Shown here: positions 1 to 13,900 of the stretch, in pieces
How positions within the stretch are numbered: the first letter of the stretch is position 1
Layout of the letters: the number at the start of each line of letters is the position of its first letter
DNA from: Eledone cirrhosa
Taxonomy: Eukaryota
NCBI GenBank assembly: GCA_964016885.1
Contig: OZ024744.1
Span: 10,602,001 to 10,666,000 of the forward strand
Length of the DNA stretch: 64,000 bases
Direction of reading: 5' to 3'
Program-made: the position numbers and the translations under genes
Notes under the pieces: generated by a model
The model's input: the letters and a program-made list of their open reading frames with translations, nothing else
Database searches by the model: none
What the model was told of the DNA's origin: nothing

Positions 1-3000
1 TGTTGTGTAGTCGTACTCCAATATGTTGTGTTGTTGTACTCCAATATGCTGTGATGTTGTACTCCAATGCGTTGTATTGTTATACTCCAATGTGATGTGT
101 TGTTGTACTCCAATATGGTGTGCCGTTGTACTCCAATATTTTTTATTTTTGTACTCCAATATGTTGTGTTGTTATACTCCAATATGTTGTGTTGTTATAC
201 TCCAATATGTTGTGCTGTTATACTCCAATATGTTGTGCTGTTATACTCCAAATCTCGTGTTGTTATACTCCAATGTGTTGTGTTGTTATACTCCAATATG
301 GTGTGTTGTTGTACTCCAATATGTTGTATTGTTTTTTTCCAATATGTCATGTTATACTCCAATATGTTGTGTTCGTGTACTCCAATATGTTGTGTTACTG
401 TACTCCAATATGTTGCGTTGTTGTACTCCAATATGTTGTGTTGTTATACTCCAATATGTTGTGTTGTTGTACTCCAATATGTTGTCTTGTTGTACTCCAA
501 AAGGCCATGTTATCGTACTCCAATATGTCTTGTTATACTCCAATATGTCGTGTGGCTGTACTCCAATATGTCATGTTGTTGTACTCCAAGATGTCGTGTT
601 GTTTATACTCCAATATGTTTTGCTGTTGTACTCCAATATGTTGTGTTGCTGTACTCCAATATGTTGTGTTGTTATTCTCCAATATGTTGTGCTGTTGTAC
701 TCCAATGTGTTATGTTGTTATACTCCAATATGTTGTGCTGTGCTACTCCAATATATTGTGTTGTTGTACTCCAATGTGTTGTGTTGTTATACTCCAATAT
801 GTTGTGTTGTTGTACTCCAATATGTTGTGTTGTTATACTCCAATATGTTGTGTTGTGATACTCCAATATGTTGTGTTGTTGTACTCCAATATGTTGTGTT
901 GTTATACTCCAATATGTTGTGTTATTTTACTCCAATATGTTGTGTTGTTGTACTCCAATATGGTGTATTGTTGTTCTCCAATATGTCATGTTATACTCCA
1001 ATAAGTTGTGTTCTTGTACTCCAATATGTTGTGTTGTTGTACTCTAATATATCATGTTGTCGTACTCTAATATGTCATGTTATACTCCAATATGTCGTTG
1101 TTATACTCCAATATGTCATGTTGTTGTACTCCAATATGTCGTATTGTTGTACTCCAATATGTTTTGATGTTGTACTCCAATATGTTGTGTTGTTGTACTC
1201 CAATATGTTGTGTAGTCGTACTCCAATATGTTGTATTGTTATACTCCAATATGTTGTGCTGTTGTACTCCAATATGTTCTGTTGTTGTACTCCAATATAT
1301 TGTGTTGCTGTACTCCAATATGTCGTGTTGTTGTACTCCAATATGTTGTGTTGTTGTACTCCAATATGTTATGTTGTACTCCAATATGTTGTGTTGTTAT
1401 ACTCCAATATGTTATGTTGTTGTACTCCAATATGTCATGTTGTTGTACTCCAATATGTTTTGATGCTGTACTCCAATATGTTGTGTTGTTGTACTCCAAT
1501 ATGTTTTGATGTTGTACTCCAATATGTTGTGTTGTTGTACTCCAATATGTTGTGTAGTCGTACTCCAATATGTTGTGTTGCTGTACTCCAATATGATGTG
1601 ATGTTGTACTCCAATATGATGTGCTGTTGTACTCCAATGCGTTGTGTTGTTGTACTCCAATATGCTGTGTTGTTATACTCCAATATGTTGTGTTGTTGTA
1701 CTCCAATATGTTGTGTTGTTGTACTCCAATATGTTGTGTTGTTGTAATCCAATATCTTGTGTTGTTATACTCCAATATGTTGTGCTGTTGTACTCCAATA
1801 TGTTGAGTTGTTATACTCCAATATGTAGTGTTGTTATACTCCAATATGTTGTGTTGTTGTACTCCAATCTGTTGCGTTATACTCCAATATGTTGTGTTGT
1901 TATACTCCAATATGTTGTGTTGTTTTACTCCAATATGTTGTATTGTTGATCTCCAATATGTCATATTATACTCCAATAAGTTGTGTTCTTGTACTCCAAT
2001 ATGTGTTGTTGTTGTACTCCAATATGTTGCGTTGTTGTACTCCAATATATCATGTTGTCGTACTCCAATATGTCATGTTATACTCCAATATGTCGTTGTT
2101 ATACTCCAATAGGTCATGATGTTGTACTCCAATATTTCGCGTTGTCGTACTCCAATATGTTGTGTTGTACTCCAATATGTTGTGCTGTTGTACTCCAATA
2201 TGTTGTGTTGTTGTACTCCAATATGTTGTGTTGTTATACTCCAATATGTTGTGCTGTTGTACTCCAATATTTCGTGTTGTTGTACTCCAATACGTCGTGT
2301 TGTACTCCAATATGTTGTATTGTTATACTCCAATATGTTATGTTGTTGTACTCCAATATGTCTTGTTGTTGTACTTCAATATGTTTTGATGTTGTACTCC
2401 AATATGTTGTGTTGTTGTACTCCAATATGTTTTGATGTTGTACTCCAATATGTTGTGTTGTTGTACTCCAATATGTTGTGTAGTCGTACTCCAATATGTT
2501 GCGTTGTTGTACTCTAATGTGTTGTGTTGTTATTCTCCAATATGTTGCGATGTTGTACTCCAATGCGTTGTGTTGTTGTACTCCAATGTGATGTGTTGTT
2601 ATACTCCAATATGTTGTGCTGTTGTACTCCAATATTTTTTGTTTTTTGTACTCCAATATGTTGTGTTGTTATACTCCAATATGTTGTGTTATTATACTCC
2701 AATATGTTGTGCTGTTGTACTCCAAATCTCGTGTTGTTATACTCCAATGTGTTGTGTTGTTATACTCCAATATGGTGTGTTGTTGTACTCCAATATGTTG
2801 TATTGTTTTCTCCAATATGTCATGTTATACTCCAATATGGTGTGTTCGTGTACTTCAATATGTTGTGTTATTGTACTCCAATATGTTGCGTTGTTGTACT
2901 CCAATATGTTGTGTTGTTATACTCCAATATGTCATGTGGCTGTACTCCAATATGTCATGTTGTTGTACTCCAATATGTCTTGTTATAGTCCAATATGTCG

Positions 3001-5704
3001 TGTTGTTGTACTCCAATATATCATGTAGTTGTACTCCAATATTTCGTGTTGTTGTACCCCAATATGTAGTGTTGTTTATACTCCAATATGTTTTGCTGTT
3101 GTACTCCAATATGTTGTGTTGCTGTACTCCTATATGTTGTGTTGTTATTCTCCAATATGTTGTGCTGTTGTACTCCAATGTGTTGTGTTGTTATACTCCA
3201 ATATGTTGTGTTGATTTACTCCAATATGTTGTGTTGTTGTACTCCAATCTGTTGTGTTGTTATACTCCAATGTGTTGTGTTGTTATACTCCAATATGTTG
3301 TGTTGTTGTAGTCCAATATGTTGTGTTGTCGTACTCCAATATGTTGTGTTGTTATACTCCAATATTTCGTGTGGTTGTACTCCAATATGTCATGGTGTTG
3401 TACTTCAATATGTCGTGTTGTTTTACTCCAATATGTTGTCTTGCTGTACTCCAATCTGTTGTATTGTTGTACTTCAATATGTTCTGTTGTTGTACTCCAA
3501 TATATTGTGTTGTTGTACTCCAATATGTTGTGTTGTTGTACTCCAATATGCTGTGTTGTTGTACTCCAATATGTTGTGTTGTTATACTCCAATATGTTGT
3601 GTTGTTGTACTCCAATATCTTGTGTTGTTATACTCCAATATGTTGTGTTGTTATACTCCAATATGTTGTGTTGTTGTACTCCAATATATTGTGCTGTTGT
3701 ACTCCAATATGATGTGCTGTTATACTCCAATATGTTGTGTTGTTGTACTCCAATATGTTGTGTTGTTGTACTCCAATATGTTGTGCCGTTGTACTCCAAT
3801 ATTTTTTTTGTTTTTGTACTCCAAAATGTTGTGTTGTTATACTCCAATATGTTGTGTTGTTATACACCAATGTGGTGTGCTGTTGTAATCCAATATGTTA
3901 TGTTGTACTCCAATATGTTGTGTTGTTATACTCCAATATGTAGTGTTGTTATACTCCAATATGTTGTGTTGTTGTACTCCAATCTGTTGTGTTATACTCC
4001 AATATGTTGTGTTGTTATACTCCAATATGTTGTGTCGTTATACTCCAATATGTTGTGTTGTTTTACTCCAATATGTTGTGTTGTTGTACTCCAATATGTT
4101 GTATTGTTGTTCTCCAATATGTCATGCTATACTCCAATAAGTTGTGTTCTTGTACTCCAATGTGTTTTGTTGTTGTACTCCAATATGTTGTGTTGTTGTA
4201 CTCCAATATATCATGTTGTCGTACTCCAATATGTCATGTTATACTCCAATATGTCGTTGTTATACTCCAATATGTCATGTTGCTGTACTCCAACATGTCG
4301 TGTTGTAGTACTCCAATATGTGTTGATGTTGTACTCCAATATGTTGTGTTGTTGTACTCCAATATGCTGTGTTGTTATACTCCTATATGTTGTGCTGTTG
4401 TACTCCAATATGTTGTGTTGTTGTACTCCAATATGTTGTGTTGTTGTACTCCAATATGTTGTGTTGTTGTACTCCAATATGTGATGTTGTTGTACTCCAA
4501 TATGTCGTATTGTTGTACTCCAATATATTGTGTTGTTATACTCCAATATTTCGTGTTGTTTTAGTCCAATATGTCATGTTGTTTTACTCCAATATTTCGT
4601 GTTGTTGTACTCCAATATGTCATGGTGTTGTACTTGAATATGTCGTATTGTTGTACTCCAATATGTTGTGTTGTTGTTCTCCAATATGTCGTGTTGTTAT
4701 ACTCCAATATGTTATGATGTTGTACTCCAATATATTGTGTTGTTGTACTCCAATATGTTGTGTTGCTGTACTCCAATATGTTGTGTCGTTGTACTCCAAT
4801 ATGTCTTGTTATAGTCCAATATGTCGTGTTGTTGTACTCCAATATGTTATGTAGTAGTAGTCCAATATTTCGTGTTGTTGTACCCCAATATGTCGTGTTG
4901 TTTATACTCCAATATGTTTTGCTGTTGTACTCCAATATGTTGTGTTGCTGTACTCCAATATGTTGTGTTGTTATTCTCCAATATGTTGTGCTGTTGTACT
5001 CCAATGTGTTATGTTGTTATACTCCAATATGTTGTGCTGTGCTACTCCAATATATTGTGTTGTTGTACTCCAATGTGTTGTGTTGTTATACTCCAATATG
5101 TTGTGTTGACTTACTCCAATATGTTGTGTTGTTGTACTCCAATCTGTTGTGTTGTTATACTCCAATATGTTGTGTTGTTATACTCCAATATGTTGTGTTG
5201 TTTTACTCCAATATGTTGTGTTGTTGTACTCCAATATGTTGTGTTGTTATACTCCAATATGTTGTGTTGTGATACTCCAATATGTTGTGCTGTTGTACTC
5301 CAATATGTTGTGTTGTTATACTCCAATATGTTGTGTTGTTTTACTCCAATATGTTGTGTTGTTGTACTCCAATATGTTGTGTTGTTGTACTCCAATATAT
5401 CATGTTGTCGTACTCCAATATGTCATGTTATACTCCAATATGTCGTTGTTATACTCCAATATGTCATGTTGTTGTACTCCAATATGTCGTATTGTTGTAC
5501 TACAATATGTTTTGATGTTGTACTCCAATATGTTCTGTTGTTGTACTCCAATATATTGTGTTGTTGTACTCCAATATGTCGTGTTGTTGTACTCCAATAT
5601 GTCGTGTTTTTGTACTCCAATATGTTGTGTTGTTGTACTCCAATATGCTGTGTTGTTATACTCCAATATTTCGTGTTGTTGTACTCCAATACGTCGTGTT
5701 GTTG

Positions 5705-5842
5705 TACTCCAATATGTTTTGATGTTGTACTCCAATATGTTGTGTTGTTGTACTCCAATATGTTTTGATGTTGTACTCCAATATGTTGTGTTGTTGTACT
5801 CCAATATGTTTTGATGTTGTACTCCAATATGTTGTGTTGTTG
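5705..5842 (+). repeat. 46-bp dimeric sub-repeat x3 (TTTTGATG variant alternating with consensus monomer)
   Basis: Directly visible alternation TACTCCAATATGTTTTGATGTTG / TACTCCAATATGTTGTGTTGTTG three times. Also x3 near 7692, 18351 and 30883, and x2 near 2373, 15478 and 54184. Confidence 0.85.
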
Positions 5843-6634
5843 TACTCCAATATGTTGTGTAGTCGTACTCCAATATGTTGTGTTGTTGTACTCCAATATG
5901 CTGTGATGTTGTACTCCAATGCGTTGTATTGTTGTACTCCAATGTGATGTGTTGTTGTACTCCAATATGTTGTGCCGTTGTACTCCAATATTTTTTATTT
6001 TTGTACTCCAATATGTTGTGTTGTTATACTCCAATATGTTGTGTTGTTATACTCCAATATGTTGTGCTGTTGTACTCCAAATCTCGTGTTGTTATACTCC
6101 AATGTGTTGTGTTGTTATACTCCAATATGGTGTGTTGTTGTACTCCAATATGTTGTATTGTTTTTTTCCAATATGTCATGTTATACTCCAATATGTTGTG
6201 TTCGTGTACTCCAATATGTTGTGTTATTGTACTCCAATATGTTGCGTTGTTGTACTCCAATATGTTGTGTTGTTATACTCCAATATGTTGTGTTGTTGTA
6301 CTCCAATATGTTGTCTTGTTGTACTCCAAAAGGCCATGTTATCGTACTCCAATATGTCTTGTTATACTCCAATATGTCGTGTGGCTGTACTCCAATATGT
6401 CATGTTGTTATACTCCAATATGTCTTGTTATAGTCCAATATGTCGTGTTGTTGTACTCCAATATGTCATGTAGTTGTATTCCAATATTTCGTGTTGTTGT
6501 ACCCCAATATGTCGTGTTGTTTATACTCCAATATGTTTTGCTGTTGTACTCCAATATGTTGTGTTGCTGTACTCCAATATGTTGTGTTGTTATTCTCCAA
6601 TATGTTGTGCTGTTGTACTCCAATGTGTTATGTT

Positions 6635-6995
6635 GTTATACTCCAATATGTTGTGCTGTGCTACTCCAATATATTGTGTTGTTGTACTCCAATGTGTTGT
6701 GTTGTTATACTCCAATATGTTTTGATGTTGTACTGCAATATGTCGTGTTGTTGTACTCCAATATGTTGTGTTGTTGTACTCCAATATGCTGTGTTGTTAT
6801 ACTCCTATATGTTGTGCTGTTGTACTTCAATATGTTGTGTTCTACTCCAATATGTTGTGTTGTTATACTCCAATATGTTGTGCTGTGCTACTCCAATATA
6901 TTGTGTTGTTGTACTCCAATGTGTTGTGTTGTTATACTCCAATATGTTTTGATGTTGTACTGCAATATGTCGTGTTGTTGTACTCCAATATGTCG
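6635..6995 (+). repeat. 227-bp (10-monomer) local duplication; also present at ~29460-29820
   Basis: The block GTGCTGTGCTACTCC...TTTTGATGTTGTACTGCAATATGTCG occurs twice, 227 bp apart (ORF ends 6725/6952, 6784/7011 and 29551/29778). Confidence 0.8.
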
Positions 6996-7905
6996 TGTGG
7001 CTGTACTCCAATATGTCATGTTGTTGTACTCTAATATGTCGTTGTTATACTCCAATATGTCATGTTACTGTACTCCAACATGTCGTGTTGTAGTACTCCA
7101 ATATGTGTTGATGTTGTACTCCAATATGTTGTGTTGTTGTACTCCAATATGTTGTGTTGTTGTACTCCAATATGTTGTGTTGTTGTACTCCAATATGTTG
7201 TGTTGTTATACTCCAATATGTTGTGCTGTTGTACTCCAATATGTCATGTTGTTGTACTCCGATATTTCGTGTTGTTCTACTCCAATATTTCGTGTTGTTG
7301 TACTCCAATATGTCGTGGTGTTGTACTCCAATATGTTTTGATGTTGTACTGCAATATGTCGTGTTGTTGTACTCCAATATGTTATGATGTTGTACTCCAA
7401 TATATTGTGTTGTTGTACTCCAATATATTGTGTTGCTGTACTCCAATATGTTGTGTCGTTGTACTCCAATATGTTGTGTTGTTGTACTCCAATATGTTGT
7501 GTTGTTGTACTCCAATATGTTGTGTTGTTGTACTCCAATATGTTGTGTTGTTGTACTCCAATATGTTGTGTTGTTATACTCCAATATGTTGTGTTGTTGT
7601 ACTCCAATAGGTTGTGTTGTTATACTCCAATATGTTGTGCTGTTGTACTCCAATATTTCGTGTTGTTGTACTCCAATACGTCGTGTTGTTGTACTCCAAT
7701 ATGTTTTGATGTAGTACTCCAATATGTTGTGTTGTTGTACTCCAATATGTTTTGATGTTGTACTCCAATATGTTGTGTTGTTGTACTCCAATATGTTTTG
7801 ATGTTGTACTCCAATATGTTGTGTTGTTGTACTCCAATATGTTGTGTAGTCGTACTCCAATATGTTGTGTTGTTGTACTCCAATATGATGTGATGTTGTA
7901 CTCCA

Positions 7906-10900
7906 ATGCGTTGTATTGTTATACTCCAATGTGATGTGTTGTTGTACTCCAATATGGTGTGCCGTTGTACTCCAATATTTTTTATTTTTGTACTCCAATA
8001 TGTTGTGTTGTTATACTCCAATATGTTGTGTTGTTATACTCCAATATGTTGTGCTGTTATACTCCAATATGTTGTGCTGTTGTACTCCAAATCTCGTGTT
8101 GTTATACTCCAATGTGTTGTGTTGTTATACTCCAATATGGTGTGTTGTTGTACTCCAATATATTGTATTGTTTTTTTCCAATATGTCATGTTATACTCCA
8201 ATATGTTGTGTTCGTGTACTCCAATATGTTGTGTTACTGTACTCCAATATGTTGCGTTGTTGTACTCCAATATGTTGTGTTGTTATACTCCAATATGTTG
8301 TGTTGTTGTACTCCAATATGTTGTCTTGTTGTACTCCAAAAGGCCATGTTATCGTACTCCAATATGTCTTGTTATACTCCAATATGTCGTGTGGCTGTAC
8401 TCCAATATGTCATGTTGTTGTACTCCAATATGTCGTGTTGTTTATACTCCAATATGTTTTGCTGTTGTACTCCAATATGTTGTGTTGCTGTACTCCAATA
8501 TGTTGTGTTGTTATTCTCCAATATGTTGTGCTGTTGTACTCCAATGTGTTATGTTGTTATACTCCAATATGTTGTGCTGTGCTACTCCAATATATTGTGT
8601 TGTTGTACTCCAATGTGTTGTGTTGTTATACTCCAATATGTTGTGTTGATTTACTCCAATATGTTGTGTTGTTGTACTCCAATCTGTTGTGTTGTTATAC
8701 TCCAATATGTTGTGTTGTTATACTCCAATATGTTGTGTTGTTTTACTCCAATATGTTGTGTTGTTGTACTCCAATATGTTGTGTTGTTGTACTCCAATAT
8801 GTTGTGTTGTTGTAATCCAATATCTTGTGTTGTTATACTCCAATATGTTGTGTTGTTGTACTCCAATATGTTGTGTTGTTATACTCCAATATGTTGTGTT
8901 GTGATACTCCAATATGTTGTGTTGTTGTACTCCAATATGTTGTGTTGTTATACTCCAATATGTTGTGTTATTTTACTCCAATATGTTGTGTTGTTGTACT
9001 CCAATATGTTGTATTGTTGTTCTCCAATATGTCATGTTATACTCCAATAAGTTGTGTTCTTGTACTCCAATATGTTGTGTTGTTGTACTCTAATATATCA
9101 TGTTGTCGTACTCTAATATGTCATGTTATACTCCAATATGTCGTTGTTATACTCCAATATGTCATGTTGTTGTACTCCAATATGTCGTATTGTTGTACTC
9201 CAATATGTTTTGATGTTGTACTCCAATATGTTGTGTTGTTGTACTCCAATATGTTGTGTAGTCGTACTCCAATATGTTGTATTGTTATACTCCAATATGT
9301 TGTGCTGTTGTACTCCAATATGTTCTGTTGTTGTACTCCAATATATTGTGTTGCTGTACTCCAATATGTCGTGTTGTTGTACTCCAATATGTTGTGTTGT
9401 TGTACTCCAATATGTTATGTTGTTGTACTCCAATATGTTGTGTTGTTATACTCCAATATGTTATGTTGTTGTACTCCAATATGTCATGTTGTTGTACTCC
9501 AATATGTTTTGATGTTGTACTCCAATATGTTGTGTTGTTGTACTCCAATATGTTTTGATGTTGTACTCCAATATGTTGTGTTGTTGTACTCCAATATGTT
9601 GTGTAGTCGTACTCCAATATGTTGTGTTGTTGTACTCCAATATGATGTGATGTTGTACTCCAATATGATGTGCTGTTGTACTCCAATGCGTTGTGTTGTT
9701 GTACTCCAATATGCTGTGTTGTTATACTCCAATATGTTGTGTTGTTGTACTCCAATATGTTGTGTTGTTGTACTCCAATATGTTGTGTTGTTGTAATCCA
9801 ATATCTTGTGTTGTTATACTCCAATATGTTGTGCTGTTGTACTCCAATATGTTGAGTTGTTATACTCCAATATGTAGTGTTGTTATACTCCAATATGTTG
9901 TGTTGTTGTACTCCAATCTGTTGCGTTATACTCCAATATGTTGTGTTGTTATACTCCAATATGTTGTGTTGTTATACTCCAATATGTTGTGTTGTTTTAC
10001 TCCAATATGTTGTATTGTTGATCTCCAATATGTCATATTATACTCCAATAAGTTGTGTTCTTGTACTCCAATATGTGTTGTTGTTGTACTCCAATATGTT
10101 GCGTTGTTGTACTCCAATATATCATGTTGTCGTACTCCAATATGTCATGTTATACTCCAATATGTCGTTGTTATACTCCAATAGGTCATGATGTTGTACT
10201 CCAATATTTCGCGTTGTCGTACTCCAATATGTTGTGTTGTACTCCAATATGTTGTGCTGTTGTACTCCAATATGTTGTGTTGTTGTACTCCAATATGTTG
10301 TGTTGTTATACTCCAATATGTTGTGCTGTTGTACTCCAATATTTCGTGTTGTTGTACTCCAATACGTCGTGTTGTACTCCAACATGTTGTATTGTTATAC
10401 TTCAATATGTTATGTTGTTGTACTCCAATATGTCTTGTTGTTGTACTTCAATATGTTTTGATGTTGTACTCCAATATGTTGTGTTGTTGTACTCCAATAT
10501 GTTTTGATGTTGTACTCCAATATGTTGTGTTGTTGTACTCCAATATGTTGTGTAGTCGTACTCCAATATGTTGCGTTGTTGTACTCTAATGTGTTGTGTT
10601 GTTATTCTCCAATATGTTGCGATGTTGTACTCCAATGCGTTGTGTTGTTGTACTCCAATGTGATGTGTTGTTATACTCCAATATGTTGTGCTGTTGTACT
10701 CCAATATTTTTTGTTTTTTGTACTCCAATATGTTGTGTTGTTATACTCCAATATGTTGTGTTATTATACTCCAATATGTTGTGCTGTTGTACTCCAAATC
10801 TCGTGTTGTTATACTCCAATGTGTTGTGTTGTTATACTCCAATATGGTGTGTTGTTGTACTCCAATATGTTGTATTGTTTTCTCCAATATGTCATGTTAT

Positions 10901-13900
10901 ACTCCAATATGGTGTGTTCGTGTACTTCAATATGTTGTGTTATTGTACTCCAATATGTTGCGTTGTTGTACTCCAATATGTTGTGTTGTTATACTCCAAT
11001 ATGTCATGTGGCTGTACTCCAATATGTCATGTTGTTGTACTCCAATATGTCTTGTTATAGTCCAATATGTCGTGTTGTTGTACTCCAATATATCATGTAG
11101 TTGTACTCCAATATTTCGTGTTGTTGTACCCCAATATGTAGTGTTGTTTATACTCCAATATGTTTTGCTGTTGTACTCCAATATGTTGTGTTGCTGTACT
11201 CCTATATGTTGTGTTGTTATTCTCCAATATGTTGTGCTGTTGTACTCCAATGTGTTGTGTTGTTATACTCCAATATGTTGTGTTGATTTACTCCAATATG
11301 TTGTGTTGTTGTACTCCAATCTGTTGTGTTGTTATACTCCAATGTGTTGTGTTGTTATACTCCAATATGTTGTGTTGTTGTAGTCCAATATGTTGTGTTG
11401 TCGTACTCCAATATGTTGTGTTGTTATACTCCAATATTTCGTGTGGTTGTACTCCAATATGTCATGGTGTTGTACTTCAATATGTCGTGTTGTTTTACTC
11501 CAATATGTTGTCTTGCTGTACTCCAATCTGTTGTATTGTTGTACTTCAATATGTTCTGTTGTTGTACTCCAATATATTGTGTTGTTGTACTCCAATATGT
11601 TGTGTTGTTGTACTCCAATATGCTGTGTTGTTGTACTCCAATATGTTGTGTTGTTATACTCCAATATGTTGTGTTGTTGTACTCCAATATCTTGTGTTGT
11701 TATACTCCAATATGTTGTGTTGTTATACTCCAATATGTTGTGTTGTTGTACTCCAATATATTGTGCTGTTGTACTCCAATATGATGTGCTGTTATACTCC
11801 AATATGTTGTGTTGTTGTACTCCAATATGTTGTGTTGTTGTACTCCAATATGTTGTGCCGTTGTACTCCAATATTTTTTTTGTTTTTGTACTCCAAAATG
11901 TTGTGTTGTTATACTCCAATATGTTGTGTTGTTATACACCAATGTGGTGTGCTGTTGTAATCCAATATGTTATGTTGTACTCCAATATGTTGTGTTGTTA
12001 TACTCCAATATGTAGTGTTGTTATACTCCAATATGTTGTGTTGTTGTACTCCAATCTGTTGTGTTATACTCCAATATGTTGTGTTGTTATACTCCAATAT
12101 GTTGTGTCGTTATACTCCAATATGTTGTGTTGTTTTACTCCAATATGTTGTGTTGTTGTACTCCAATATGTTGTATTGTTGTTCTCCAATATGTCATGCT
12201 ATACTCCAATAAGTTGTGTTCTTGTACTCCAATGTGTTTTGTTGTTGTACTCCAATATGTTGTGTTGTTGTACTCCAATATATCATGTTGTCGTACTCCA
12301 ATATGTCATGTTATACTCCAATATGTCGTTGTTATACTCCAATATGTCATGTTGCTGTACTCCAACATGTCGTGTTGTAGTACTCCAATATGTGTTGATG
12401 TTGTACTCCAATATGTTGTGTTGTTGTACTCCAATATGTTGTGTTGTTATACTCCAATATGTTGTGCTGTTGTACTCCAATATGTCATGTTGTTGTACTC
12501 CGATATTTCGTGTTGTTCTACTCCAATATTTCGTGTTGTTGTACTCCAATATGTCGTGGTGTTGTACTCCAATATGTTTTGATGTTGTACTCCAATATGT
12601 CGTGTTGTTGTACTCCAATATGTTGTGTTGTTGTACTCCAATATGCTGTGTTGTTATACTCCTATATGTTGTGCTGTTGTACTCCAATATGTTGTGTTGT
12701 TGTACTCCAATATGTTGTGTTGTTGTACTCCAATATGTTGTGTTGTTGTACACCAATATGTGATGTTGTTGTACTCCAATATGTCGTATTGTTGTACTCC
12801 AATATATTGTGTTGTTATACTCCAATATTTCGTGTTGTTTTAGTCCAATATGTCATGTTGTTTTACTCCAATATTTCGTGTTGTTGTACTCCAATATGTC
12901 ATGGTGTTGTACTTGAATATGTCGTATTGTTGTACTCCAATATGTTGTGTTGTTGTTCTCCAATATGTCGTGTTGTTATACTCCAATATGTTATGATGTT
13001 GTACTCCAATATATTGTGTTGTTGTACTCCAATATGTTGTGTTGCTGTACTCCAATATGTTGTGTCGTTGTACTCCAATATGTCTTGTTATAGTCCAATA
13101 TGTCGTGTTGTTGTACTCCAATATGTTATGTAGTAGTAGTCCAATATTTCGTGTTGTTGTACCCCAATATGTCGTGTTGTTTATACTCCAATATGTTTTG
13201 CTGTTGTACTCCAATATGTTGTGTTGCTGTACTCCAATATGTTGTGTTGTTATTCTCCAATATGTTGTGCTGTTGTACTCCAATGTGTTATGTTGTTATA
13301 CTCCAATATGTTGTGCTGTGCTACTCCAATATATTGTGTTGTTGTACTCCAATGTGTTGTGTTGTTATACTCCAATATGTTGTGTTGACTTACTCCAATA
13401 TGTTGTGTTGTTGTACTCCAATCTGTTGTGTTGTTATACTCCAATATGTTGTGTTGTTATACTCCAATATGTTGTGTTGTTTTACTCCAATATGTTGTGT
13501 TGTTGTACTCCAATATGTTGTGTTGTTGTACTCCAATATCTTGTGTTGTTGTAATCCAATATCTTGTGTTGTTATACTCCAATATGTTGTGTTGTTGTAC
13601 TCCAATATGTTGTGTTGTTATACTCCAATATGTTGTGTTGTGATACTCCAATATGTTGTGCTGTTGTACTCCAATATGTTGTGTTGTTATACTCCAATAT
13701 GTTGTGTTGTTTTACTCCAATATGTTGTGTTGTTGTACTCCAATATGTTGTGTTGTTGTACTCCAATATATCATGTTGTCGTACTCCAATATGTCATGTT
13801 ATACTCCAATATGTCGTTGTTATACTCCAATATGTCATGTTGTTGTACTCCAATATGTCGTATTGTTGTACTACAATATGTTTTGATGTTGTACTCCAAT

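Larger units (their letters stand above)
67..7905 (+). repeat. Higher-order macro-unit copy 1 (~7.84 kb)
   Basis: Starts at landmark ...CCAATGCGTTGTATTGTTATACTCCAATGTGATGTG...ATGGTGTGCCG. The same landmark (ORF starting MRCIVILQCDV) recurs at 7906, 18565 and 31097. Matching ORFs map to copy 2 at offsets 7839, 8046, 8049, 8072, 8279 and 8371. Confidence 0.8.

Noticed and set aside
129-151. T-runs as intrinsic (rho-independent) terminators
   Set aside because: There is no preceding GC-rich hairpin. They are degenerate monomers that keep the 23-bp phase.
493-515. CCAAAAGGCCATGTTATCG as a foreign insertion or transposon footprint
   Set aside because: It is in register with the array and the same length as a monomer. 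It is a multiply substituted monomer propagated with the HOR (~11 copies), with no target-site duplication or terminal repeats.
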